From assembly GCA_963777605.1 (NCBI GenBank), contig CAVZRV010000008.1:256001-320000 (forward strand): 64,000 nt of DNA. Direction: 5' to 3'. Below the pieces are notes generated by a model. It was not told the origin of the DNA, did no database searches, and saw only the letters and a program-made list of their open reading frames with translations. The DNA is from an uncultured Acidobacteriota bacterium (GTDB taxonomy: Bacteria; Acidobacteriota; UBA6911; RPQK01; JAPXNP01). A program made the translations under genes and the position numbers. Shown here in pieces: positions 53,191-62,315 of the stretch (position 1 is the stretch's first letter; each line of letters opens with the position of its first letter).

Positions 53191-53280
53191 TGAACAACGC
53201 CAAAATCAAAATGTTACATGGGTGCCCTTTGATTCTTCCGCTTGTCTCCGGACACTGTGAGTGGCATCATTTCTTCCCTT

Positions 53281-54792
53281 ATGGCTCGAGTCTTAGATCA
53301 GTTCGTATGCATTCACGGCCACTTCTATCAGCCGCCTCGGGAGAATCCCTGGACCGGAAAGATCGATCGCCAGCCCACTGCCGAGCCGTTCCATGACTGG
53401 AACGAACGGGTTTGTGCCGAATGCTACGAGCCCAATACCCGGTCCGTCATTCTCGGCCCCAATGGTAAAGCCGAACAGGTTGTCAACAACTACGCCCACA
53501 TGAGTTTTAACTTCGGGCCGACGCTGTTGAGGTGGCTTCAGGAGGGATCGCCGGATACCTACAAAAAGATCCTCCGTGCCGACCGACTCAGCAGGAAACG
53601 TTTCGGTGGTCATGGTGCAGCGATCGCCCAGGCCTATCACCACAGCATCCTTCCCCTTGCCAATCGGCGGGACAAGGTGACCGAGGTGCATTGGGGAATT
53701 CGGGACTTCGAAGCCCGGTTCCGGCGCAAGCCTGAAGGAATGTGGCTTCCGGAAACCGCGGCCAACCTGGAGACGCTTGAAATCCTGGCAGACGAGGGGT
53801 TCAGCTTCACGATTCTGAGCCCTTACCAGGCTGCCCGAGTTCGCAAACCCGGAAGTACCTCCTGGGTCGAAATAGCGAGAGGAACGGTGGACTCTCGCCG
53901 CCCTTACCTGGTGCAGTTGCCGTCCGGAAAGAGCCTCTTCGTCTTCTTCTACAACGGCGAAATTGCTCGTGGGGTGGCCTTCCAGGGCCTGCTCTCCAAC
54001 GGTGCGGGCTTCGCGAGTCGCTTCGGCGAATCCCTGGACGAGACCTACTCTCCCCAGTTGGCCCACATTGCCACCGACGGCGAGAGCTACGGACACCATC
54101 ACAAGTTCGGGGACATGGCTCTGGCCTACGCGCTTCGGGCCATCGAAGCCAGTCCCTCCCTCTCGTTGACGGTCTACGGCGAGTTCCTGGAGAAGGTGCC
54201 GAACCCCTGGCAGGCGGAGATTCTCGAAAATTCATCGTGGAGTTGCGCCCATGGTGTTGAACGCTGGCGAAGCGATTGCGGCTGCCAGACCGGGGCTCCG
54301 GAGGGCTGGAATCAGAAGTGGAGAACACCCTTGCGGGAAGGGCTCAACTCGCTCAGGGATGCGGCCGCGGCCCTTTTTGAGTTGGAGGGAAGAAAATGGC
54401 TCAAGGATCCTTGGGCAGCTCGGGACGACTACATCGAGGTCCTGCTCAGCTCGTCCGCTGCTGTCCGGCGGCGTTTTCTCTCGAAGTGGGCAAGAAAGTC
54501 AAGGCTCACGGCGGATGAGAAGATGCAGATTTTCGGCCTGCTCGAGAGCCAGCGCTATGCGCTGATGATGTTCACCAGCTGCGGGTGGTTTTTCAACGAC
54601 ATCTCGGGGATTGAGACGATCCAGATTCTGAGTTACGCGGCGCGGCTGATCGAGCTCTGTCGCGAACTCTTCGACATCGACCTGGAGCCGGGATTCCTGG
54701 AGCGTCTAGACGAGGCCAAGAGCAACGACCCGGACCAGGGCACGGGCCGGAAAATATACCAACATCTGCGATCTACGATTTGCAATTCCTGA
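53281..54792 (+). CDS. GH57 family / DUF3536 glycoside hydrolase
   Basis: CIHGHFYQPPRENPW, SFNFGPTLL, GMWLPETA, ATDGESYGHH, WSCAHGVERW, MFTSCGWFF. Confidence 0.93.
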   Translation: MARVLDQFVCIHGHFYQPPRENPWTGKIDRQPTAEPFHDWNERVCAECYEPNTRSVILGPNGKAEQVVNNYAHMSFNFGPTLLRWLQEGSPDTYKKILRADRLSRKRFGGHGAAIAQAYHHSILPLANRRDKVTEVHWGIRDFEARFRRKPEGMWLPETAANLETLEILADEGFSFTILSPYQAARVRKPGSTSWVEIARGTVDSRRPYLVQLPSGKSLFVFFYNGEIARGVAFQGLLSNGAGFASRFGESLDETYSPQLAHIATDGESYGHHHKFGDMALAYALRAIEASPSLSLTVYGEFLEKVPNPWQAEILENSSWSCAHGVERWRSDCGCQTGAPEGWNQKWRTPLREGLNSLRDAAAALFELEGRKWLKDPWAARDDYIEVLLSSSAAVRRRFLSKWARKSRLTADEKMQIFGLLESQRYALMMFTSCGWFFNDISGIETIQILSYAARLIELCRELFDIDLEPGFLERLDEAKSNDPDQGTGRKIYQHLRSTICNS

Positions 54793-54801
54793 TTTGGCCG
54801 C

Positions 54802-54836
54802 AAAAGTGAAAAGCGAAAATCGTAAATCGAAAATGT
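54802..54836. repeat. Heptamer tandem repeat (AAAATCG-like) x5
   Basis: aaaagtg aaaagcg aaaatcg taaatcg aaaatgt. Confidence 0.7.
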
Positions 54837-54882
54837 CTTCGGATTGCATTTAGGGTGCCCGCGAGACTAGACTTTCGCGAGT

Positions 54883-56274
54883 ATGCAAGTTCAGAAATTC
54901 CTTCTTCCTGAGTCCGAGATTCCACGCCAGTGGTATAACCTGGCGCCAGATTTGCCAACCCCGATGCTGCCTCCGCTTGGCCCTGACGGCCAGCCGGTTT
55001 CTCCCGAGATGCTGGCCCCGATCTTTCCTATGGGCCTGATCGAGCAGGAAGTCAGCACCCAGCGCTGGATCGACATTCCAGAGGAGGTCCTGGAGATCCT
55101 CTGCCGCTGGCGCCCGAGTCCCCTGCGACGCGCTATCCATCTGGAGCGATTTCTCCAGACGCCGGCGCGGATCTACTACAAGGACGAAAGCGTCAGCCCG
55201 GCGGGCAGTCACAAGCCCAACACGGCGGTTCCTCAGGCTTGGTACAACAAGCAGGAAGGGATCGAGAAGCTGACCACCGAGACCGGTGCCGGCCAGTGGG
55301 GCAGCGCGCTGGCGTTTGCGTGCCGCCTGATCGGCCTGGACTGCAAGGTCTACATGGTTCGAATCAGCTTTGACCAGAAACCGTTCCGCCGGATCATGAT
55401 GGAGACCTGGGGTGCCCGTTGCATCCCGAGTCCGAGCCAGGAAACGTCCGCCGGTCGGGCCATTCTGGAGAAGATTCCAGACACGCCGGGCAGCCTCGGC
55501 ATCGCGATCAGCGAGGCAATCGAGGAGGCGGTCAGTGATTCCACCAAGAAGACGCGCTACTCGCTCGGCAGCGTTCTAAACCACGTCCTGATGCACCAGA
55601 CGATCATCGGCCTGGAGGCGAAGAAACAGCTGGCACTGGCCAATGAAACGAAACCGGACGTCGTGATCGGGTGTGCGGGCGGCGGGAGCAATTTTGCCGG
55701 CCTGGCATTCCCCTTCGTCTACGACAAGATCCACGGGGCCCAGATCGACATTATCCCGACCGAGCCGACGGCATGTCCGACGATGACCCGGGGACCGTTC
55801 TCCTACGACTTCGGAGATGTCGCAGAGACGACGCCGCTGATGCCGATGCACTCGCTGGGTCATGCCTTTGTGCCGCCTCCGATTCACGCGGGCGGGCTTC
55901 GCTATCACGGGATCGCGCCGCTGATCAGCCAGACGATCGTCGAAGGCCTGATTTCGCCGCGGGCGTACGATCAGCTCAAGTGCTACCAGTCGGCAGTCAC
56001 CTGGGCTCGGACCGAGGGTACAATCTGTGCTCCCGAGACCAGTCACGCTCTTGCCTGCGTTATCGACGAAGCCATCAAGGCAAAGGAAGAGGCCAAAGAG
56101 AAAGTCATCCTGGCCTGCTTCAGTGGCCACGGTCTCATGGACCTCGCCGGATACGAGAAGTACTTTGCCGGTGAGCTCACCGACTACTCGCTGCCGCAGG
56201 AAGAGCTGGACGCCTTTACGGAGGTGTTGGAGCATCATCCGAGTGCCGCGGTTCGTCGCTCCGGCCGCTGGTAG
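54883..56274 (+). CDS. trpB2: TrpB2-type tryptophan synthase beta-like PLP enzyme
   Basis: [18 protein letters not shown] (PLP Lys), [37 protein letters not shown]. Confidence 0.93.
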   Translation: MQVQKFLLPESEIPRQWYNLAPDLPTPMLPPLGPDGQPVSPEMLAPIFPMGLIEQEVSTQRWIDIPEEVLEILCRWRPSPLRRAIHLERFLQTPARIYYKDESVSPAGSHKPNTAVPQAWYNKQEGIEKLTTETGAGQWGSALAFACRLIGLDCKVYMVRISFDQKPFRRIMMETWGARCIPSPSQETSAGRAILEKIPDTPGSLGIAISEAIEEAVSDSTKKTRYSLGSVLNHVLMHQTIIGLEAKKQLALANETKPDVVIGCAGGGSNFAGLAFPFVYDKIHGAQIDIIPTEPTACPTMTRGPFSYDFGDVAETTPLMPMHSLGHAFVPPPIHAGGLRYHGIAPLISQTIVEGLISPRAYDQLKCYQSAVTWARTEGTICAPETSHALACVIDEAIKAKEEAKEKVILACFSGHGLMDLAGYEKYFAGELTDYSLPQEELDAFTEVLEHHPSAAVRRSGRW

Positions 56275-56291
56275 AACGCCCCTTGCAGTGG

Positions 56292-56328
56292 TTCCGGAGA
56301 AACCGGTTTTGTGCCGGTTTCTCCGGAA
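56292..56328. terminator. Perfect 15-bp stem hairpin after trpB2 (terminator or REP-like)
   Basis: ttccggagaaaccgg-ttttgtg-ccggtttctccggaa. Confidence 0.55.
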
Positions 56329-56348
56329 AAACCCCGAAAGCAGGTGAG

Positions 56349-57854
56349 ATGTTCCGAATCTGTCCGCTGCTTCTGTTTCTGCTGGCGGGGTGTGCTGGTC
56401 CGAGTCCGGAGCAGGCGCGGTCTGTGCGCAACGTCCTCTTCATAATGGGGGACGACCACTCGGCCGAGGCCCTGGGTTGCTACGAAAACCCGATCGCTCG
56501 GACCCCGAACCTGGATCGGCTCGCCTTCGAAGGCGTTCGCTTTGACCGTGCCTATGCAAATGCGCCGGTCTGTACTCCCTCTCGACAGTCGATCATCACC
56601 GGAAAACTTCCCCATGCCGTCGGTGTAACCCTGCTCGCCACTCCGCTTTCCGAGTCGGAAACCACCATCGGCGACTACCTGGGTTCACTCGGGTTTGCTA
56701 CTGGGGCGATCGGCAAGATGCACTTCAACAGTGACCTGAAGCATGGCTTCGATTACCGGGTGGACACCGCCGAACACAGGGCCTTCCTCAAGGAACATCC
56801 ACCGCGCCCAATTTCCCCCGACCTGCCGGTGCGTCCTCCCTGGAAACCGTTTCAGGATCCGGCTCGAATCTGGCTGAATGCCGAGGGACTCCCCGGCGGC
56901 CTGTACGACGCCGATTCCGAAGGCACGTTCTTCACGAACAAGGCGATCCAATTCCTGGAAGACCACCGCCGCCAGCGTTTCTGCCTCTGGCTCAGCTACC
57001 ACGAGCCCCACTCTCCGTTCAATTTTCCGGTCGAGTTTGCTGGGCGCTTTGATCCCGCGGAGATGCCGCTTCCGGCCGTCGGACCCGATGACGATCGGTG
57101 GGTCCCCAGGGTTTTTCGGGACTTGACCGAAGAGGAAAGACGGGGGATTGTGGCGTCCTACTACACCTCGGTGGAATACCTCGACCGCAACGTGGGGCGC
57201 GTTCTCGACGCTCTTGACCAATTGGACCTGTCCGATGAGACGCTGGTGATCTACGTGGGAGATCAGGGGTACCTGTTGGGTCACCACGGACGATTCGAGA
57301 AACACACCATGTGGGAACCTGCTGTCCGGGCTCCACTGTTGATGAAAGCCCCCGGTCTTGCGGCCCGGTGGGAGCCGGCCCTCGTCGAGTTCATCGACCT
57401 GTTTCCCACGATCCTCGATTACCTCGATGTTGAACAGCTGGCCGGCTTGCAGGGCAAGAGCCTGAAGCCGTTGCTCGACGAAACGGTCGAAAGCCACCGT
57501 GACTCCGTTTTCAGCGAGTTCCTGGCCGACAACACTGCCATGATCCGGACCGCCGAATGGAAGTATATCTTCGCCACCGGGCAGGCCGATCTTGCCATGG
57601 GGTACGAAACCGGCTTTCCACCACCGGGCCCGATTCACCGGCTCTATGACGTCCGCAGTGACCGGGAGGAGTTTCACAATCTGGCCTCCGAGCCGGCAAT
57701 GGCTGACGATGTAGAACGTCTTCAGGGCCTGATGCTGGATCGGTTCAAAAAAACCGACCCGAGAGCTTCCCTGCTGCCTGACGGCCTCTCGGTCGTGGAA
57801 CAGCTCAGCTGGTTCTGCCAACCCCCGGAATCGACATCTACGATTTCTGATTGA
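56349..57854 (+). CDS. Formylglycine-dependent sulfatase (S1), probable lipoprotein
   Basis: NVLFIMGDD, TPNLDRLA, CTPSR signature, GKMH, PH.P, GDQG, lipobox LAGC. Confidence 0.93.
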   Translation: MFRICPLLLFLLAGCAGPSPEQARSVRNVLFIMGDDHSAEALGCYENPIARTPNLDRLAFEGVRFDRAYANAPVCTPSRQSIITGKLPHAVGVTLLATPLSESETTIGDYLGSLGFATGAIGKMHFNSDLKHGFDYRVDTAEHRAFLKEHPPRPISPDLPVRPPWKPFQDPARIWLNAEGLPGGLYDADSEGTFFTNKAIQFLEDHRRQRFCLWLSYHEPHSPFNFPVEFAGRFDPAEMPLPAVGPDDDRWVPRVFRDLTEEERRGIVASYYTSVEYLDRNVGRVLDALDQLDLSDETLVIYVGDQGYLLGHHGRFEKHTMWEPAVRAPLLMKAPGLAARWEPALVEFIDLFPTILDYLDVEQLAGLQGKSLKPLLDETVESHRDSVFSEFLADNTAMIRTAEWKYIFATGQADLAMGYETGFPPPGPIHRLYDVRSDREEFHNLASEPAMADDVERLQGLMLDRFKKTDPRASLLPDGLSVVEQLSWFCQPPESTSTISD

Positions 57855-57984
57855 GGATTTTGGATTTTCTCGACGAATCTCAAATCACAGTTCACCCATC
57901 GAAAATGTCTATAGGATTGATGTTGAGCATAAAAATAGATTGTTATGATTTACTTCTTGCATTAAATGACGTATCCTGTCCGCG

Positions 57985-58758
57985 ATGAAGTCATCGCTGG
58001 CTGAAATTGCGGATCGACGGGAGCGACTGGCGACGTTGCTGCGCAAGGAGGGATACTTGTCGGTCAACGCCCTTTCATCCCGCTTTGGGATTTCCGAGGC
58101 GACCGTCCGCCGCGACCTGAGCGCGCTGGAAAAGGAAAACCGGATCACTCGCACTTACGGCGGAGCACTGTCGGAGTTCGACGCCCTTTTCGTTCCCTTT
58201 TACCAGCGGAACACGCAGAACCGGGACGCCAAGACCCGCATTGCCCGGGCCGTCCTGCCTCTGCTCGAGGACAAACAGACTCTCTTTCTGGACGCTGGCT
58301 CAACGGTCTTCGCAGTCGCGGAAGCTGTCGCATCGAGCCGGTTCGATGTAACGGTCGTTACCAACAGCCTCCCCGTTGCGGAAACGCTGGCGGCAGCCAA
58401 TTCTCTGAACGCTCACCTCCTTGGGGGTTGCCTGCTTCCCCATCAACTGGTTGTTGTCGGTCCAGGCACCAGCCTCAGCCTGACGGCCTGGCAATTCGAC
58501 CTGGCCCTCCTCAGCGCTGAAGGGGTCAGTGCCCAGGGACTCTGGAACTCCGAAAGCGAGATCACCGATTTTCAGCGACACGTCTGTGGCCGTAGTTCCT
58601 CGACGGTCTTCTGTGTCGATTCCAGCAAGATCGGTCGATTGGCCGCCAGTTTTCTGTTGCCTTGGAGCCAGGTGGAGAGGGTGGTCTCGGATGCTACCGG
58701 GGAACAGGTGGCCGACCTGGGTGACGATGCTTCAAACGTAAAGTGGATTGCGGCGTGA
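57985..58758 (+). CDS. DeoR/GlpR-family transcriptional regulator heading the BMC locus
   Basis: SEATVRRDL HTH, RTYGGA, FLDAGST, VTNSL, DSSKIG. Confidence 0.93.
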   Translation: MKSSLAEIADRRERLATLLRKEGYLSVNALSSRFGISEATVRRDLSALEKENRITRTYGGALSEFDALFVPFYQRNTQNRDAKTRIARAVLPLLEDKQTLFLDAGSTVFAVAEAVASSRFDVTVVTNSLPVAETLAAANSLNAHLLGGCLLPHQLVVVGPGTSLSLTAWQFDLALLSAEGVSAQGLWNSESEITDFQRHVCGRSSSTVFCVDSSKIGRLAASFLLPWSQVERVVSDATGEQVADLGDDASNVKWIAA

Positions 58759-58785
58759 GCCGCTTTATTGAATCGGAGTGGAGAC

Positions 58786-59112
58786 ATGGAACTGGCGAGA
58801 GTTGACGGCTCGGTTGTCGCGACCATGAAGGTCGAGCGACTGGTGGGTCACAAGTTGCTCCTGGTAACCCTCGTCCGCGCCGACATGACGGCGACCGACA
58901 CGCACGTGGTGGCGATTGACACGGTCGGATCGGGAGTCGGGGAAATCGTGCTGGTGGTTCGAGGCAGTTCGGCGCGACAGACGGACAAAACGTCAACGGT
59001 CCCGACCGATGCCACCATCGTGGCGATCGTGGATGCGGTCGTGTATCACGGGAAAAGTGTCTACGAGAAAACATCGCACGCGGAACCGAGCCATGTTTCT
59101 AGGAAGAATTGA
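58786..59112 (+). CDS. BMC-P pentamer (EutN/CcmL family) 1
   Basis: MELARVDGSVVATMK...LLLV...VAIDTVGSGVGEIVLVVRGSSAR...PTDATIVAIVD. Confidence 0.95.
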   Translation: MELARVDGSVVATMKVERLVGHKLLLVTLVRADMTATDTHVVAIDTVGSGVGEIVLVVRGSSARQTDKTSTVPTDATIVAIVDAVVYHGKSVYEKTSHAEPSHVSRKN

Positions 59113-59374
59113 CGGAAAGATTTGGGCGACGGCCAAAGATGAACGCCTCAAGGCTGTCCGTTTCTGCCTGATGCAGCAGGTGGACGAACATGAGCAGCCG
59201 GTCGGAGACGTTATGGTCGCGGTCGATTCGATTGGAGTCTCGGAAGGTGACCTGGTCTTTTGGGTCAACAGTACTGAGGCCGGTTTTGTCCGGCCGGACC
59301 GGGGGCTTCCGACCGAAGTCAGTATCGTCGGGCTGGTAGACCGGGTCGACCTGGATGCCCGGTCCGAGGAGTAA
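59093..59374 (+). CDS. BMC-P pentamer (EutN/CcmL family) 2
   Basis: MFLGRIDGKIWATAK...VAVDSIGVSEGDLV...LPTEVSIVGLVD. Confidence 0.92.
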   Translation: MFLGRIDGKIWATAKDERLKAVRFCLMQQVDEHEQPVGDVMVAVDSIGVSEGDLVFWVNSTEAGFVRPDRGLPTEVSIVGLVDRVDLDARSEE

Positions 59375-59380
59375 GCGGTC

Positions 59381-59650
59381 ATGTTTCTCGGTCGAGTCGT
59401 CGGAAGCATCGTCTCCAGCGCCAAGCACCCCAGCTACGCAAGGCAGAAGCTGATGATCGTTCGCCTGACCACTCCTGAGGGCGAACTCACCCGCCGGATG
59501 ATGGTGGCCGTGGACGCCGTCGGATCGGGCTCGGGGGACTGGGTCCTGATCTCCTCCGACGGACAGGGTGTGGCCGACATCCTCGGCTCCGACACTCTGC
59601 TTCCCATCCGGGAGATCATCGTTGGAATTGTGGATCGCGTGAACGTATGA
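59381..59650 (+). CDS. BMC-P pentamer (EutN/CcmL family) 3
   Basis: MFLGRVVGSIVSSAKH...VAVDAVGSGSGDWVL...IIVGIVD. Confidence 0.92.
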   Translation: MFLGRVVGSIVSSAKHPSYARQKLMIVRLTTPEGELTRRMMVAVDAVGSGSGDWVLISSDGQGVADILGSDTLLPIREIIVGIVDRVNV

Positions 59651-60414
59651 CACGAAAAGAGATGCAAGCACTGGTGGAAGCAGTAACCCGAGAGGTTCTC
59701 GCTGCCCTTGCGAAGGAGTCCTCCGGACCCGCTAGCGGTTCGGCGTGCGCGTGCAAAGGCGGCTGCGGATGTTCGAACGATTCGTCGTCCGGGGTGATAT
59801 CGACGCCTTCCGGGGAAGACTCGTCAGATCGGGTGCGGTTTGATGGCCGACTGCTGACTGAGGACACGCTTCGCAGGCTCCCCCTGAACGGACAGGCGGA
59901 AATCGTTCTCGGTCCCGGGGTCATCGTGACGCCGCTGGCCAGGGACCGCGCCGCCTTCGTCGGAGTCAACCTCGTGTCCTCCACCGGGCAACCGGGCCGA
60001 AGGCACTGTCCTCCCCGGCAAACAGAACCTTTCCTGGAGCAGGTCGCCTACTTTACGGCCCGGCCGGTACTGACGGTGGAGCGAATCCTGCGGAGTGAGA
60101 TCGAAGCGGTGGGTGCATCAATCGCTGTCTGCCCGGTCACCGGGAAAGTCGAAGAAGAGCTGGAGGGAGCGCTTTCATGCGCGGCCCGGGTGTCCGAGGG
60201 GTCGATTCAACGTGCTGTCGTACTCGCTGAAGATGTCTACCTGGTACAGCGTCACGCCAACCGACTGCCTGGAGTAAGAGCCCGGGTCTGCTCAGATGCT
60301 CGAAGTGCCCTGGAGAGCCGCCGCTGCGACGATTCCAACGTCCTGCTTTTGAGCGGGCGCCTCCTCGGCCAGACCATGATTCGAAGGATTGTGCAGGCCT
60401 GGTTGAGCGAGTAG
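59647..60414 (+). CDS. BMC-associated protein: encapsulation peptide, linker domain and degenerate RpiB/LacAB-like domain
   Basis: EMQALVEAVTREVLAAL amphipathic helix; LLTED...VIVTPLARD domain; C-terminal ANRLPGVRA.VC...SRR.DDSNVLLLSGR. Confidence 0.75.
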   Translation: MTRKEMQALVEAVTREVLAALAKESSGPASGSACACKGGCGCSNDSSSGVISTPSGEDSSDRVRFDGRLLTEDTLRRLPLNGQAEIVLGPGVIVTPLARDRAAFVGVNLVSSTGQPGRRHCPPRQTEPFLEQVAYFTARPVLTVERILRSEIEAVGASIAVCPVTGKVEEELEGALSCAARVSEGSIQRAVVLAEDVYLVQRHANRLPGVRARVCSDARSALESRRCDDSNVLLLSGRLLGQTMIRRIVQAWLSE

Positions 60415-60427
60415 GAGAACGATCGAA

Positions 60428-61744
60428 ATGAGTCTGAGTGAACAGGTTCGCGAAGCCGGTGTAGTCGGAGCAGGAGGTGCAGGCTTTCCGACGCACGTCA
60501 AGATGGCGGCAAAAGCCGAGTGGTTGCTCGCCAACGGGGCCGAGTGCGAGCCGCTGCTTCACAAGGATCGTGAGTTGATGATTCACTTCGCCCCAGAGGT
60601 GATGAAGGGAATTGATCTGGCCGCAACGTCAACCGGGGCGTCAAAGCGTGCCATCGGAGTGAAGGCCAAGAATCCCGCGGCGATCGAGGCCCTGCGCAAG
60701 GTTAACGATGGCTCCCGCGCCGACCTGGTCGAATTTGGCGACTTCTACCCGTCCGGTGATGAGTACGAGGTCGTCCACACCATCACGGGGCGGCTGATTC
60801 CACCCCAGGGGATCCCTCTCGACGTCGGAGTCGTGGTCAGCAATGTTGAAACGCTCTTCCAGGTTCTCCAGGCTACGCGGGGAAATCCCGTGACCCGGAA
60901 ATTGCTGACGGTCACCGGCTTGGTCCGCGAGCCTGCCACGCTCTGGGTCCCGATCGGGATGTCGTTCCGTGACCTGCTCGCTCTAACCGGCGGTCCCGCT
61001 GTCAGCGAATTTGCCGTTATGGAAAGCGGGCTTCTGATGGGGAAACTGGTGCAGGATCTGGACTCTCCGGTAACGAAGAAGACCGGAGGCCTGATCGTCC
61101 TTCCCCGAAACCACGCCCTGATACGACGGTACGAGACTCCTCCTGCCGCCCAGGCTCGCATCGGTAAGTCCGCCTGTGACCAGTGCAGTTACTGCACCGA
61201 ACTCTGCCCCCGTTACCTGTTGGGATATGACGTTCGCCCGCACGCCGTCATGCGCAGCCTAGGCTTCACGGCATCCGGTTCGGAAATGTGGAACGAGTAC
61301 GCGAAGCTTTGTTGTGGATGTGGCATCTGTACCCTTTACGCCTGCCCGGAGGGCCTGTTCCCTCGCGAAGCCTGTCTCACCGGGATCGCCGATCTGCGGG
61401 GCCAGGGAAAAGGTCGATGGGAAGGATCGCGCGAGGTCAAGGTTCATCCCATGAAGGAGTATCGCAGGGTCCCGATGAAGCTGCTTGTCCAAAAACTGGG
61501 AATCGAGAACTACGAGGCCGAGGCACCTTATAGAGACGCGAACCCGACTCCGGCGGTCGTGCGCATCCCCTTGAAACAGCACGCCGGTGAAGCCGCCCTT
61601 CCAGTTGTTTCGGTCGGTGACCGGGTGACTCCCGGCCAATTGATCGGCGAGATCCCGGACGGCAAGCTGGGGGCCCGCGTCCATGCCAGCATTCCGGGCC
61701 GGGTGACCAGGATCAACGGAATTGTGGAAATCGAAAGGAACTGA
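60428..61744 (+). CDS. pduS: PduS-like (RnfC/SLBB, 4Fe-4S) flavoprotein oxidoreductase
   Basis: AGVVGAGGAGFPTHVK, NGAECEPLL, YPSGDE, CDQCSYCTELCP, CCGCGICTLYACP, LKQHAG, VHASIPG. Confidence 0.9.
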   Translation: MSLSEQVREAGVVGAGGAGFPTHVKMAAKAEWLLANGAECEPLLHKDRELMIHFAPEVMKGIDLAATSTGASKRAIGVKAKNPAAIEALRKVNDGSRADLVEFGDFYPSGDEYEVVHTITGRLIPPQGIPLDVGVVVSNVETLFQVLQATRGNPVTRKLLTVTGLVREPATLWVPIGMSFRDLLALTGGPAVSEFAVMESGLLMGKLVQDLDSPVTKKTGGLIVLPRNHALIRRYETPPAAQARIGKSACDQCSYCTELCPRYLLGYDVRPHAVMRSLGFTASGSEMWNEYAKLCCGCGICTLYACPEGLFPREACLTGIADLRGQGKGRWEGSREVKVHPMKEYRRVPMKLLVQKLGIENYEAEAPYRDANPTPAVVRIPLKQHAGEAALPVVSVGDRVTPGQLIGEIPDGKLGARVHASIPGRVTRINGIVEIERN

Positions 61745-61750
61745 CCGGAC

Positions 61751-62299
61751 ATGATGAATGCCGTCGGGCTCATCGAACTGAGTAGTATCGCCGCCGGCTT
61801 CGAGGTTGCCGACACCATGTTGAAGGCGGCTGAAGTCGAACTGATCGTGTCTCGGACTATCTGTGCAGGGAAGTTCATGGTCATCATCGGCGGAGAGGTC
61901 GCTTCGGTTCAGGCCGCCGTAGAGGCCGGCGCCGAGGCCTGGGAAGGTGCCGTCATCGACACCATGGTGATCCCCAATGTCCACCCCGCCGTTTTCCCGG
62001 CTATCGCAGGTACAAGGGAGGTCCAGACAAGAGGTGCACTCGGGATCCTGGAGGCCTTCTCAGTGGCTTCGCTGATCGAGGGAGCCGATGAAGCCGTCAA
62101 GTCGGCGGACGTGGAATTGATTGAAATCCGCCTCGCCATGGCACTGGGCGGAAAAGCTTTTGTCACGATGACCGGGGAAGTTTCGGCCGTCCGGGCCGCC
62201 GTCGATGCGGGTGCCGCACGGATCGGGGAGAAGGGGCTGCTCGTGAATATGGCGGTGATCCCGTCTCCTAGTCCGGAACTCTACCGGGAGCATATCTAG
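61751..62299 (+). CDS. pduT: PduT-like tandem-domain shell protein (BMC-T)
   Basis: GLIELSSIAAG..VAD.MLK, TICAGKF (Fe-S Cys kept), ALGILEAFS, RLAMALGGK. Confidence 0.9.
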   Translation: MMNAVGLIELSSIAAGFEVADTMLKAAEVELIVSRTICAGKFMVIIGGEVASVQAAVEAGAEAWEGAVIDTMVIPNVHPAVFPAIAGTREVQTRGALGILEAFSVASLIEGADEAVKSADVELIEIRLAMALGGKAFVTMTGEVSAVRAAVDAGAARIGEKGLLVNMAVIPSPSPELYREHI

Positions 62300-62315
62300 A
62301 GATCGAGGAAGAGGA

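Larger units (their letters stand above)
50862..53270. other. AT-rich foreign insert inside the glycogen cluster
   Basis: Visible drop in GC with A/T runs; kinase gene on the opposite strand; IS4 remnant; boundaries approximate. Confidence 0.7.

Noticed and set aside
54883-56274. trpB2 without trpA as a novelty
   Set aside because: Stand-alone TrpB2 is an established, widespread arrangement.
60428-61744. Rnf complex subunit RnfC
   Set aside because: No rnfABDEG genes nearby; adjacency to a PduT-like shell gene identifies it as PduS-like.
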